Shown: piece by piece, positions 42,401 to 51,359 of the stretch
Layout: each line of letters opens with the position of its first letter
How positions within the stretch are numbered: position 1 is the stretch's first letter
NCBI GenBank assembly: GCA_963724295.1
Contig: CAVRUC010000013.1
Span: 224,001-288,000, forward strand
Reading direction: 5' to 3'
DNA from: an uncultured Chloroflexia bacterium
GTDB lineage: Bacteria; Chloroflexota; Chloroflexia; Thermomicrobiales; UBA6265
DNA length: 64,000 bases
Position numbers and translations under genes: made by a program
The notes under the pieces: generated by a model
The model's database searches: none
What the model saw: only the letters and a program-made list of their open reading frames with translations
What the model was told of the DNA's origin: nothing

Positions 42401-43638
42401 ACGTCCGCCGGCGGGTCGCAATTACCGGCATCGGCCCGATCACGGCTATCGGCAATGGCGTCGATGGACTCTGGGACGGCGTGCGGCGCGGAGAGTCCGC
42501 GGTGACGACCCTCACCCGGTTCGATCCCACCGGTTTCTCGTCCCGGGTCGCCGCCGAAGTCACGTTCCAGCCGCTCGATTTCATGGCCCCCAAGAAGGCG
42601 TACCGTCTTGACCGGTTCTCCCAGATTGCTCTTGCCACCGCGCTGATGGCACTCGCCGATGCGGGTCTTACCGCCTCCGACGCCGCGTCATCCGGCATGG
42701 GGATCTACACCGGCTCCGCGCTCGGCGGTATCGCCTTTGCCGAAGATCAACACGCCATCTTCGTCGATCGCGGTATCCGCGCCGTCTCGCCAATGCTGGC
42801 GCTCTCGGTCTTCGGCGGGGCCTCGTCCTGCAACATTGCCATCGAGCTCGGTCTAACCGGCCCCTCGGTGGCCAATGCCAACTCGTGCGCCTCTGGCACG
42901 ATCGCCATCGGCGAGGCCGCGCGCCTCATCCGGGACGGGCGCGCCGAGGCCATGCTCGCCAGTGGTGTGGAAGCGCCTCTGGCGCCGCTCACGTTTGGCG
43001 CCTTCGACATCATCCGGGTGCTCACCGGCCGCAATGACGATCCCACCTCCGCCTCTCGCCCATTCGACCGCGACCGCGATGGGTTCGTCATGGCCGAGGG
43101 TGGGGCCACGCTCGTGCTGGAAGAGTGGGATCGCGCCGAACGGCGCGGCGCGCGGATCTACGCCGAGGTGGCCGGCTACGCCACCACGAACGACGCCCAC
43201 CACATGACGGCGCCACGACCAGACGGCGCCCAGGCGGCCCGCGCCATCACGCTGGCCCTTGCCGACGCCGCTCTGCCCGCGGCAGCGATCGACTACGTGA
43301 ACGCGCACGCATCGTCGACGGTGCTCAACGACCCGGTCGAGTGTCTGGCCATCCGGCGCGCGCTCGGTCCTCACGCCGATCGGGTTGCCGTCAGCGGCAC
43401 CAAGGGTCTCCATGGTCACGCGCTGGGGGCGACCGGCGCCATGGAGACGGCGATCTGCGCGATCGGGCTGGAGCGCGGCCACCTTCCTGGTACCGCTAAC
43501 CTGATCAACCGGGACCCGGCATGCGACCTCGACATCATTCCCCCCGGCGGCCGTGACGTGCCCGCGCACTATCTGCTCAAGAACTCCTTCGGCTTCGGCG
43601 GCATCAACGCCTGTCTCGTGCTGGGCGCCGTTAGGTGA
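42397..43638 (+). CDS. Beta-ketoacyl synthase (FabF/type II KS-like)
   Basis: RRVAITGIG, catalytic NSCASG, NAHASST, KGLHGHALGA, NSFGFGGIN. Confidence 0.93.
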   Translation: MNVRRRVAITGIGPITAIGNGVDGLWDGVRRGESAVTTLTRFDPTGFSSRVAAEVTFQPLDFMAPKKAYRLDRFSQIALATALMALADAGLTASDAASSGMGIYTGSALGGIAFAEDQHAIFVDRGIRAVSPMLALSVFGGASSCNIAIELGLTGPSVANANSCASGTIAIGEAARLIRDGRAEAMLASGVEAPLAPLTFGAFDIIRVLTGRNDDPTSASRPFDRDRDGFVMAEGGATLVLEEWDRAERRGARIYAEVAGYATTNDAHHMTAPRPDGAQAARAITLALADAALPAAAIDYVNAHASSTVLNDPVECLAIRRALGPHADRVAVSGTKGLHGHALGATGAMETAICAIGLERGHLPGTANLINRDPACDLDIIPPGGRDVPAHYLLKNSFGFGGINACLVLGAVR

Positions 43639-43872
43639 GGGGGAGCCGCTGCGCTCAGGGGGACAAGGGGGTGTCGCTTCGCTCAGGGGGAGGCGGCGTC
43701 GCCTTCGGCTCAGGGGGGAAGGAGGAACGAGGAGGACGAAGCGGTCGTGCGTCGGTTTCCTTTCCCCTGAGTCCGCGCAGCGGACGCCTCCCCCTGAGGG
43801 AGCGTAGCGACCGGCTCCCCCTGAAGCCGCGCCAGCGGCTGCCACCCCCTGAGGCGAAGCCGGCACCCCCCG
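43637..43872. repeat. Composite inverted-repeat array: CTCAGGGG units vs CCCCTGA units with mini-hairpins
   Basis: CTCAGGGG x3 (43654-43717) and CCCCTGA x4 (43764-43853), interspersed with GCGCAGC/GCGTAGC/GCGAAGC triloops. Confidence 0.8.
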
Positions 43873-44047
43873 TGTACATCAGGCCGTTTTGTGGTATAGT
43901 TCCTTGACCCAGACGATATCGACGTATAGGTGTTCGTTTGGATCCGCACGAATGCGAATCCTGACGTCCTGTTCCGCCGAAACCGTTCCTGAGGTTCTTT
44001 ATTCGTTACGTGCCGTGGACGACCACGGCGAGAGAGGTTTCGGCGAG

Positions 44048-44467
44048 TTGTCCGATCGAACGATCACCTGTCGCGATTGCGGCGAGGCATTCACCTTTAC
44101 GGCCGGAGAGCAGGCGTTCTACCAGGAGCGCGGTTACTCCGAGCCCCAGCGCTGCGCCAATTGCCGGGCGGAGCGTAAGGCTCAGCGCGCGGCCAGCGGC
44201 TACGACAGCGGTAGCTCCTCGGGCGGCTACTCTCGAGGCGGTGGCGGCTATTCCAGCGGCGGATATTCCGGCGGTGGTGGTGGCTACTCCTCTGGCGGCG
44301 GTGGCGGCTATTCGTCCGGACCGCGCCAGATGTATCCGGCTGTGTGCTCGTCCTGCGGCAAGGAGACGGAAGTCCCCTTCCAGCCGCGGAACGACAAGCC
44401 GGTCTACTGCCGCGAGTGCTTCCAGGAGAAGCGCGCGTCCGCACCGAGCTACGGCAGCCGCTACTAG
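44048..44467 (+). CDS. Zinc-ribbon protein (zf-trcl + Gly-rich linker + CxxC-x17-CxxC)
   Basis: TCRDCG..FTFTAGEQAFY..PQRCANC; GGGYS repeats; MYPAVCSSCG..VYCREC; RBS GAGAGG + TTG. Confidence 0.92.
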   Translation: MSDRTITCRDCGEAFTFTAGEQAFYQERGYSEPQRCANCRAERKAQRAASGYDSGSSSGGYSRGGGGYSSGGYSGGGGGYSSGGGGGYSSGPRQMYPAVCSSCGKETEVPFQPRNDKPVYCRECFQEKRASAPSYGSRY

Positions 44468-44513
44468 ACCATCCCGGTTCGCGGACCATACCGCGTCAGG
44501 ATAGTCTGAGCCT

Positions 44514-44544
44514 GACCGGCCGGGGCATGCCCCGGCCGGTCTTT
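44514..44544 (+). terminator. Intrinsic terminator
   Basis: GACCGGCCGGGGC-AT-GCCCCGGCCGGTC followed by TTT. Confidence 0.75.
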
Positions 44545-44657
44545 GCCTATCTGAACCGGGATTGGTCGCCCGGCGGTGCTTAGGCCCCGACTGCTCGGCT
44601 GGTTTAGCCAAACCTCAGCCGCCCTTGGAGCGCGACCGAAGGGTGATTACATCAATA

Positions 44658-44687
44658 TTGACTCTTTGTAAGGGTATCCAGTACTAT
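44658..44687 (+). promoter_or_regulatory. Putative sigma70 promoter TTGACT-N18-TACTAT with overlapping palindrome TCAATATTGA
   Basis: AT-rich patch upstream of ORF 44729. Confidence 0.5.
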
Positions 44688-44728
44688 TAGCGGATGGGTC
44701 GTAGGTATCGAGCAGAGAAAAGGAGCGC

Positions 44729-45046
44729 ATGTTGTCCCAAAACCACGATATGAGTCTTTACGAACCGGGGACACCACCAACTGCCGCAGCGCTCGAAGGA
44801 CCCGACCAGCATCGGGCGTTCATCGATGGCATCGAGATCTGCGCGGATCGTTTTCCGTCCGATGAGGAAAAGCGCGTTTCCTGTTTCGCTGAGGTCGTGA
44901 AGACCACGATTGGCCGCAGGGCATCCAAACGCACCGGGACCGCGATTCCAGCGGACAGCGTGGAGAGCCGCCGGCGCGGTAGCGCCCATGCCCACGCGGC
45001 GCTACGTGCCAAGCGAGCCGCGCAGAAAGCCGAAGCCGCGGTCTAG
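44729..45046 (+). CDS. Small hypothetical protein
   Basis: RBS AAAGGAG, upstream promoter and downstream terminator; no recognisable domain. Confidence 0.5.
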   Translation: MLSQNHDMSLYEPGTPPTAAALEGPDQHRAFIDGIEICADRFPSDEEKRVSCFAEVVKTTIGRRASKRTGTAIPADSVESRRRGSAHAHAALRAKRAAQKAEAAV

Positions 45047-45077
45047 CACCGTTCGTCCCCATCGACGACAGCTGCGG

Positions 45078-45111
45078 AACGGCCCTCGAGCGTAACGCTC
45101 GAGGGCCGTTT
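45078..45111. terminator. Bidirectional terminator
   Basis: AACGGCCCTCGAGCG-TAA-CGCTCGAGGGCCGTTT between convergent genes. Confidence 0.8.
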
Positions 45112-45143
45112 GTTACCTGCGTTTACCGTTGATTCCGTCGTGC

Positions 45144-46862
45144 TCAAACCGACGCCGGTAGGGGCCGCTTGTCACGACGTCCTCTTCGTGGCGGCGGCGG
45201 TGGCTCCGGCGGGCGAATCGTCAACTCCCGGCCCTTCCCGCGCTGCTCGTCGTACCAGGTGAAGCCACCCGCGTAATCGCGCACCACCCCCCCGTCCAGC
45301 TCGATGATCCGGCCGCAGATGGTGTCGAGGAACGCGCGGTCGTGGGAGATGGTGAGGATCGTCCCCTGACTCTCGTCGAGGAAGGCCAGCAACGCCTCTT
45401 CCAGCCGCTCGACGCTCGGGATGTCGAGATTGTTCGTCGGTTCGTCCAGGAGCAGGAAGTTGGCGCCCCGCAAGATCAACGCCGCGATTTGCAAGCGCGC
45501 ACGCTGCCCGCCGCTGAGCCCTCCGATGCGACCGAGCATGTCATCGCGGGTGAAGAGGTAGCGATTGAGAAAACCAATCGCCGCCTGCTCCGACATCGGC
45601 TTCAGCGTGCGCACGAAATCCATCGGCGTCGCCTTCGGATCGAGGGTCTCCTGCTCCTGGGCGTAGTAGCCGACCACTACCGAGGGACCGAGACGCAGCG
45701 TGCCGCCGCTGGGCGGCTCCTCGCCGCGCACCATGCGGAACAGCGTCGTCTTTCCTGAGCCATTGGCCCCGACCAATCCGACCGACTCGCCGTGACGAAT
45801 CTCGAGGTCGAACGGTTCGAGCACCACCCGCTCGCCGAACGACTTGGCGACTCCTTTGCCGTCCAGCACCAGTGTCGAGCCGCGCTCGGCGGCGAAGGCG
45901 ACGTCGATCTGGCGCGGGTTGAGTACCGGCGCCGGAGTACTCTCCAGGCGTTCCCGCTCTTCGGCCAGCTTGCGTCGCATGTTCTCGGCACGCGAGGCGA
46001 ACTTGGGGTTCTGCCGCGCCCACTGCGTCAATTGCTCGGCGCTCGCCTTGAGCTTGCGAAACTCCCGCTCCTGCAGCTCCCGCAATTGCGCGCCCCGCTC
46101 CAGCCGGGCACGTTTCTCACCGACGTAGGCGGCGTAGTTGCCGGTGTACCCTTCGACACGGCCCTTTTCCAGCTCGAAGATGCGGTTGGCCGCGCGGTCG
46201 ATGAAGTAGCGGTCGTGGGAGATGACGGCCACCGCTCCCCGGTGGTCTCGCACGTACCCCTCCAGCCAGGTCTTGCCCGCGAAGTCGAGGTGGTTGTCCG
46301 GCTCGTCGAGGAGGAGCACGTCTGGCTCCTCGATCAGCAGCCGTGCCAACCCGATCAGCTTCTTCTCCCCGCCGCTGAGCTGTCCGATCTGCTGATCGCT
46401 ACGCGCTTCGGGGAACCCCAGTCCATCAAGCACGCGGCCGACTTGCCCTGTCTCCGCGCCGTCATCGAGCCGTTCCAGGACCACCGCGTAGGCGTCCATG
46501 ATGGCCGTCAGCTCCTCGTCGCCAGCGGCCTCGCCCATCATCTGCTCGAGCTCGCGCGCCCGCGCCTCCAGCACCGTGGGGTCGCCGGCGGCGAGAGCGA
46601 TCGCCTCGCGCACCGTCTGACCGGGATCGAAATCGGGCTCCTGGCTGAGGAACCCGACGCGGGTACCGCGCGCCAGCGTCAGTGTCCCGCGCTGCGGCCG
46701 CAGCTGCCCGGCCATCAGCCGGAAGAGGGTGCTCTTGCCCGAACCATTTGCGCCGATCAACGCCAGGCGATCCCCTTGACGAATCTCGAATGTGGCGCCG
46801 GTCAGCACGTCGTTGCCGCCATAGGCGTACTCGAGGTTGGCGGCCTGGATCAACAGCGTCAT
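45144..46862 (-). CDS. ABC-F family ATPase (ribosome-associated)
   Basis: Two ABC domains (GANGSGKS/GANGSGKT, LSGGE/LSGGQ, LLDEPDNHLD/LLDEPTNNLD, SHDR), no TM segments. Confidence 0.93.
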   Translation of the reverse strand: MTLLIQAANLEYAYGGNDVLTGATFEIRQGDRLALIGANGSGKSTLFRLMAGQLRPQRGTLTLARGTRVGFLSQEPDFDPGQTVREAIALAAGDPTVLEARARELEQMMGEAAGDEELTAIMDAYAVVLERLDDGAETGQVGRVLDGLGFPEARSDQQIGQLSGGEKKLIGLARLLIEEPDVLLLDEPDNHLDFAGKTWLEGYVRDHRGAVAVISHDRYFIDRAANRIFELEKGRVEGYTGNYAAYVGEKRARLERGAQLRELQEREFRKLKASAEQLTQWARQNPKFASRAENMRRKLAEERERLESTPAPVLNPRQIDVAFAAERGSTLVLDGKGVAKSFGERVVLEPFDLEIRHGESVGLVGANGSGKTTLFRMVRGEEPPSGGTLRLGPSVVVGYYAQEQETLDPKATPMDFVRTLKPMSEQAAIGFLNRYLFTRDDMLGRIGGLSGGQRARLQIAALILRGANFLLLDEPTNNLDIPSVERLEEALLAFLDESQGTILTISHDRAFLDTICGRIIELDGGVVRDYAGGFTWYDEQRGKGRELTIRPPEPPPPPRRGRRDKRPLPASV

Positions 46863-47770
46863 GATGGGCTCATCCTCGCGGCGGCGATTCGTTCGAAGCG
46901 CGCCTGGACCTCTGCCGGGACCGTCGATCGTTGCCCGTATGAATATTCGATTGGCGGCCAGTAAAAGATAAGCTCCCCGATGCCGATCGCGTCGTAGCCG
47001 CCGACAAACTCGTCGAACGCATCAAGTGATGAAAATGGATCTGGGTTGGGGCTCAGCGCCAGCACCGAGCGCTGGATCGTGGCCGGATCGCGCCCGATCT
47101 CGACGCAGATTTCGTCCAGCCGCTCGCTCAGTCGGCGCGTCCGCGAGACGACCTCAGCCAGTGGCAAGCGCTGGGCTGGATCGAGTCCCGCGGGGAATGG
47201 CTGACCACCGAGCGTATTCCAACCATCACCGAAGCGAGCGGCGACGCGCAAGGCCCGGTCGCCGTGGGCGGCGATGACCAGCGGCGGCCGTGGGCGTTGC
47301 ACCGGAGGTGGAAGCTGGGCGTCCTGGATCGGATAGTGCTGCCCTTCGTGTGTCACACGCTCACCACGCAAGAGTGCGTCGAGGATGGCGGCGTGCTCTT
47401 CGAGCCGCTCCACACGTTCCCGCGGGGGCCACTCGTCCTGGCCGAACGCAGCGTAAGGGTGGGGAGGACCGCCCGAGCCAAGTCCCACCGTGACACGACC
47501 GTCGGAGATCTGATCGAGGGTGATGACCTGTGCTGCCAGAAACGTCGGGTGACGAAAGGTGATGGCGGTGACCATCGTCCCCAGCCGGACGCGCGTGGTG
47601 TCGCGCGCCAGGGCGCCGAGCAAGGTCCACGGCTCGAAGTCGGCATAGTCGGGCACCATGAGATCGTCGTTGACCCAGGCGCTCGCGAAGCCAAGCTCCT
47701 CGGCGACGCGAAAGTGCCGGGCGATCTCGGCGTAGGGCGCCCGGCTGAAGGTGAAGATCCCGAACCGCAT
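46859..47770 (-). CDS. LLM-class flavin/F420-dependent oxidoreductase
   Basis: AEELGFASAW, EPWTLL, RLGTMV..FRHP, LDQISDGR, PVQRPRPP. Confidence 0.9.
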   Translation of the reverse strand: MRFGIFTFSRAPYAEIARHFRVAEELGFASAWVNDDLMVPDYADFEPWTLLGALARDTTRVRLGTMVTAITFRHPTFLAAQVITLDQISDGRVTVGLGSGGPPHPYAAFGQDEWPPRERVERLEEHAAILDALLRGERVTHEGQHYPIQDAQLPPPVQRPRPPLVIAAHGDRALRVAARFGDGWNTLGGQPFPAGLDPAQRLPLAEVVSRTRRLSERLDEICVEIGRDPATIQRSVLALSPNPDPFSSLDAFDEFVGGYDAIGIGELIFYWPPIEYSYGQRSTVPAEVQARFERIAAARMSPS

Positions 47771-48019
47771 CGCTCTTTCCAAACCTCTCATCCCTCGACA
47801 CCAGGCGGCTACCTGGCAAGTAACCGGTCAACGACCGGCAACGCCACGGCGGGGCAGCAGCCCCCGCATTGTGCGTCAAAAGCCTGCTTCCCGCGCAACC
47901 AGGAGAACGCTCTCGGAGCGCTGCCAGCCTGATGGCTGCTCCTGCACGCGGACACCTGCGTGTAGGATGCAGGTTCCGGCCGTAGCTCGCGGCCGCTCGC
48001 TTGGCCATGGAGGACCACC

Positions 48020-48529
48020 ATGCCTCGATTATCGCGACTGCTGACCCTGGTTGCGCTCGTCGCGCTCGTCATCGCCGGCGGCGCATGGGCCGCTCGCGTC
48101 ACCGCCGAGATGAGCACCCCAACCGGCGATGCCGGCGCTGCGACGTTGATCCTGATCGAGCACGCCGATCTCGTCACCGAGATCGATCTGGGCGAGCCGG
48201 GGGCGTCGGTGGGGGACATGCTGGTGTGGGGACCAGACCCGCTCTATGACGACACCAATGACAACGATACCGGCGCCACCACGCAGGGGACATGCATCGC
48301 CTTCAACGTAAACTCAGACTGCCTTGCCGCCGAGACGATCCTCTTCCCGGACGGCAGCACCCTCGAGTTCCAGGGTATCGAGCGCGGTGGCGCGTCAGCG
48401 GTGCGGACGATCGTCGGCGGTTCGGGACGCTTTCTGGGCGCAGTCGGGACCATGACGGCGGCTCCATCCGCTGACCTCAAGCTCTGGACCAAGACGATCG
48501 AGTTCGCGGCGCCTCCCGACCGGCCATGA
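48020..48529 (+). CDS. Exported dirigent/allene-oxide-cyclase-like beta-barrel protein
   Basis: RBS GGAGG; signal peptide; DLGEPGASVGD..PLYD..GTC, IVGGSGRF-GA-G. Confidence 0.7.
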   Translation: MPRLSRLLTLVALVALVIAGGAWAARVTAEMSTPTGDAGAATLILIEHADLVTEIDLGEPGASVGDMLVWGPDPLYDDTNDNDTGATTQGTCIAFNVNSDCLAAETILFPDGSTLEFQGIERGGASAVRTIVGGSGRFLGAVGTMTAAPSADLKLWTKTIEFAAPPDRP

Positions 48530-48658
48530 ATGCGGATCGATGATCAGAGAGCCAGCAGCAGAGTCCTCTCATCAGGAAGACCACGGCGTGGCAGAAGTCG
48601 TACTGGGCGAATGGCAGTCACTCAGGACCTTCCATTACATAAGTCCAGGTGGTGCTGC

Positions 48659-48684
48659 GGCGCGGGGAGCATGCTCCCCGCGCC
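48659..48684. terminator. Hairpin between convergent genes
   Basis: GGCGCGGGGAGC-AT-GCTCCCCGCGCC. Confidence 0.65.
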
Positions 48685-48718
48685 ACAGATCGCGTCGAAC
48701 TGGGTTGTTTGCCGCTCG

Positions 48719-49513
48719 TTATTGCGCTTGCAGCTCGTAGGTCATGGTCACGTCGACAGCGACGGTCGTCGAGCCGGGCTCGACCGGAGTGGCCGCCTGG
48801 CCCGCGCCCATGCCGCCGCCACGGGCCATGTCGTAGACCGGGGAGATGAGCGGTGACGTCCCTTCGGAGATGGCGACCACGGGACCCAGCGACATACCCG
48901 CCGCCGCGGCCAGCTCCTCGGCTTTGGTCCGCGCGTCTTCGACCGCTTCGGCGCGTGCGTCACTGGACGCTTCGGTCTGGTCCTCGACGTAGAACGTCAC
49001 CCCGTAGATGCTGTTCGCCCCGGCGTTCACCGCCGCGTCGAGCAGCTCGCCGAGCTGGTCGGTGTCGCGCACCGTCACCCGTAGCTGGTTGACGATCTCG
49101 AACCCGGTGATCAGCGTCGGGTCCGCGTTCTCGGAGTAGTCGCGCAGGATGTTCACGCTGTAGAAGTCGGTCTGGATATCTTCGGGCGCGATCCCCGCCG
49201 CCTCGAACGCCTCGATGACCGCCGTCGCCTGGGCGGTGGCCGTTTCCTGGGCCTCGTCCAGCGTCGGCTTGATGATATCGACGCCGATGTTGACCGAGGC
49301 GGTATCGGGCGGAACGTTGACCGACCCGTGCCCGCTTACGCTGACCGTCGGTACGCCCAGCGCCATACCGGAGACCGTCGGCGTTGCCATCTCTTCTTGC
49401 GCCATCGCGATGCCGCCGAGTGCGTTCGTCGCCAACAATCCCGCCAGCGCCAGGGACACCGCAAGTGTTCCCGCACGCCGCGCCCGGATTCCCCGCTGCC
49501 GTTCCTGGGGCAT
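48719..49513 (-). CDS. SIMPL domain (DUF541) exported protein
   Basis: VSVSGHGSV..PD, GI..DIQT, AVEDARTKAEELAAAAG..LG.V..ISE. Confidence 0.9.
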   Translation of the reverse strand: MPQERQRGIRARRAGTLAVSLALAGLLATNALGGIAMAQEEMATPTVSGMALGVPTVSVSGHGSVNVPPDTASVNIGVDIIKPTLDEAQETATAQATAVIEAFEAAGIAPEDIQTDFYSVNILRDYSENADPTLITGFEIVNQLRVTVRDTDQLGELLDAAVNAGANSIYGVTFYVEDQTEASSDARAEAVEDARTKAEELAAAAGMSLGPVVAISEGTSPLISPVYDMARGGGMGAGQAATPVEPGSTTVAVDVTMTYELQAQ

Positions 49514-49586
49514 ATCCTGTCTCCTCTCGGTTCCGACGCTGATTCCCGGTCACCCAGCGGCGACCGGCTGTTCGCTCCCCTCTGGG

Positions 49587-50516
49587 CTAGCTTCCGGCTC
49601 GCCGCAGGCCGCGCACCCAGCGCAGACCGACGATGGTGACGACGAGCCAGGCCAGCGCGAAGGCGAGGGCGAGCTGCGCCAGGCGCAGCCGGGAAGGCTG
49701 GGCGTCAGTCGCTGCCGGCGCGTCGGCATCGGCTGTCGCCGTCTCGGGACCCCGCGCGAGCCCCGCTCCGGGTGTGGGGACCGCTTGCGTCACCGCCGCC
49801 AGCGCCGCGCTGGTGGCGACGCTCAGGTCTGTGTCCGCGGTCTCCGCATCCTCCAGCATTTCTTCAGACGCGCTATTGCCACTTGTGGTTCCTTCAGATG
49901 GATTTGATGCCACGTTGGACGACGGCTCGGAGTTGGAGTTGGCCGGAGCGAGGGCGGCATTGCTGTCGCTCGGGGCTTCCGGCGCGGGAGCTGCCGGTGG
50001 CGCCGACTCGGACGCGGGCGCCGCGCGGAAATCCAATTGCTGCACCGGCGTCTCATCCGAAAGCCAGTCCGCGGGTTGGGGAGGCATGCCCATGAGATCG
50101 CTGGTGGTCACCAGCAGCAGCAGCACGCCGACCACCATAGCCGCCGCCTGCAGTCCCGGAAGCCACCCCGCGGCGCGACCAGCCTCGGCGTGCGCCACGG
50201 CAGTCGCGGCCGACGCCGGATAACCACTCCCGCCGAAAGGACCGGACCAGGACTGACCGCGCGGCAGACGCCGTCGTGACGCGCGCGCGTGCTCGTGACC
50301 GAGGCAAAAGGAACGGCGGGGCGTGTACTGGGGAAGACCTGCCAGCAGCACCACCGTGGTCCGGATTTCGAGGACTTCCCGGTGGCAGGCGGGACATTCG
50401 TGCAGATGGAACTCGATCGTCGTCAGATCGTCCGCTCCGAGATCCCGGTCAACGAACGCGCTGACCGCGTCGATATCGAGATGTCCGGGGCGGTCCGCCG
50501 GGTGGTGATCAGTCAT
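49587..50516 (-). CDS. Zinc-binding anti-sigma factor (zf-HC2) with TM segments
   Basis: H..SAFVD..HLHECPAC motif; overlaps the sigma gene. Confidence 0.85.
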   Translation of the reverse strand: MTDHHPADRPGHLDIDAVSAFVDRDLGADDLTTIEFHLHECPACHREVLEIRTTVVLLAGLPQYTPRRSFCLGHEHARASRRRLPRGQSWSGPFGGSGYPASAATAVAHAEAGRAAGWLPGLQAAAMVVGVLLLLVTTSDLMGMPPQPADWLSDETPVQQLDFRAAPASESAPPAAPAPEAPSDSNAALAPANSNSEPSSNVASNPSEGTTSGNSASEEMLEDAETADTDLSVATSAALAAVTQAVPTPGAGLARGPETATADADAPAATDAQPSRLRLAQLALAFALAWLVVTIVGLRWVRGLRRAGS

Positions 50517-51324
50517 CGTCCGGTTCCGTGCTCGGAGTCATGGGCCTCGCGGCCCGGTCTCCCTCGTCTTCCTCCTCTAAACGGAGGTAGCGCTCGAACA
50601 GTTCCCGTGCCGGGGCGTCATCGGCCAGCGCCTGCCGGATCCTGGCCCGGGCGCGACTGAGACGCGACTTGACCGTGCCCAGCGCGATTCCCAGCGTCTC
50701 GGCCACCTCGTGGTAGTCCAGTCCCTGCACGTCGACCAGCAGTACGACCATCCGCTGGTCCTCGGGCAGCGCCGTCAGCGCCCGCTCGAGGTAGATGGAG
50801 AGCTCCCGCCGCAGGGCAAGCGCATCTGGCGATTCCTCACCCGCGCCTCCGGTCGTCCAGATCGGCTCGATCTCGACGATTTCGGCTTCCAACGACCCGG
50901 CGGGACGGCGGGCGGACGCGCGCAGCATGTCGTAGGAGCGGTTCGTGGCGATCTTGTACAACCAGGAGCGGACCGAACCGGTCTGAAAGGTGCGAATGTT
51001 CTGCCAGGCGCGGATGAACGTGTCCTGGGTCGCGTCTTCGGCGAGTCCGACGTCGCGCAGCAGGCGCAACGCGACGTTGAACACCGGGCGCTCGTGCCGT
51101 TGCACCAGCAGATTGAACGCTTCGAGGTCGCCCGCCTGCGAGGCGCGCACCAGCGCCTCGTCATCCCGGACTTCGGCCGGGGCCGGCAAATCCCCAGCTA
51201 CCCCGACCTCACGTTCGAGGTCGAGATCGAGGACTTCTGTGAGTCCAGGCGCGTCCGAGCCGTTCGCCGCCTGCACTGGCGCCGGGGAAGACATTGCTGG
51301 CGTAGCGCGGCGACGGCGGAACAC
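50509..51324 (-). CDS. ECF RNA polymerase sigma factor
   Basis: GDLEAF, AEDATQDTF, WLYKIATN, LPEDQR..GTVKSRLSRAR; start uncertain. Confidence 0.93.
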   Translation of the reverse strand: MFRRRRATPAMSSPAPVQAANGSDAPGLTEVLDLDLEREVGVAGDLPAPAEVRDDEALVRASQAGDLEAFNLLVQRHERPVFNVALRLLRDVGLAEDATQDTFIRAWQNIRTFQTGSVRSWLYKIATNRSYDMLRASARRPAGSLEAEIVEIEPIWTTGGAGEESPDALALRRELSIYLERALTALPEDQRMVVLLVDVQGLDYHEVAETLGIALGTVKSRLSRARARIRQALADDAPARELFERYLRLEEEDEGDRAARPMTPSTEPDDD

Positions 51325-51359
51325 CAGACCTCCTGACTCCAGTTAGGGCGCCACCCGCG

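Noticed and set aside
43637..43872. Possible CRISPR array
   Set aside because: Units are about 8-12 nt, in two inverted halves with irregular spacing; no cas genes in the window.
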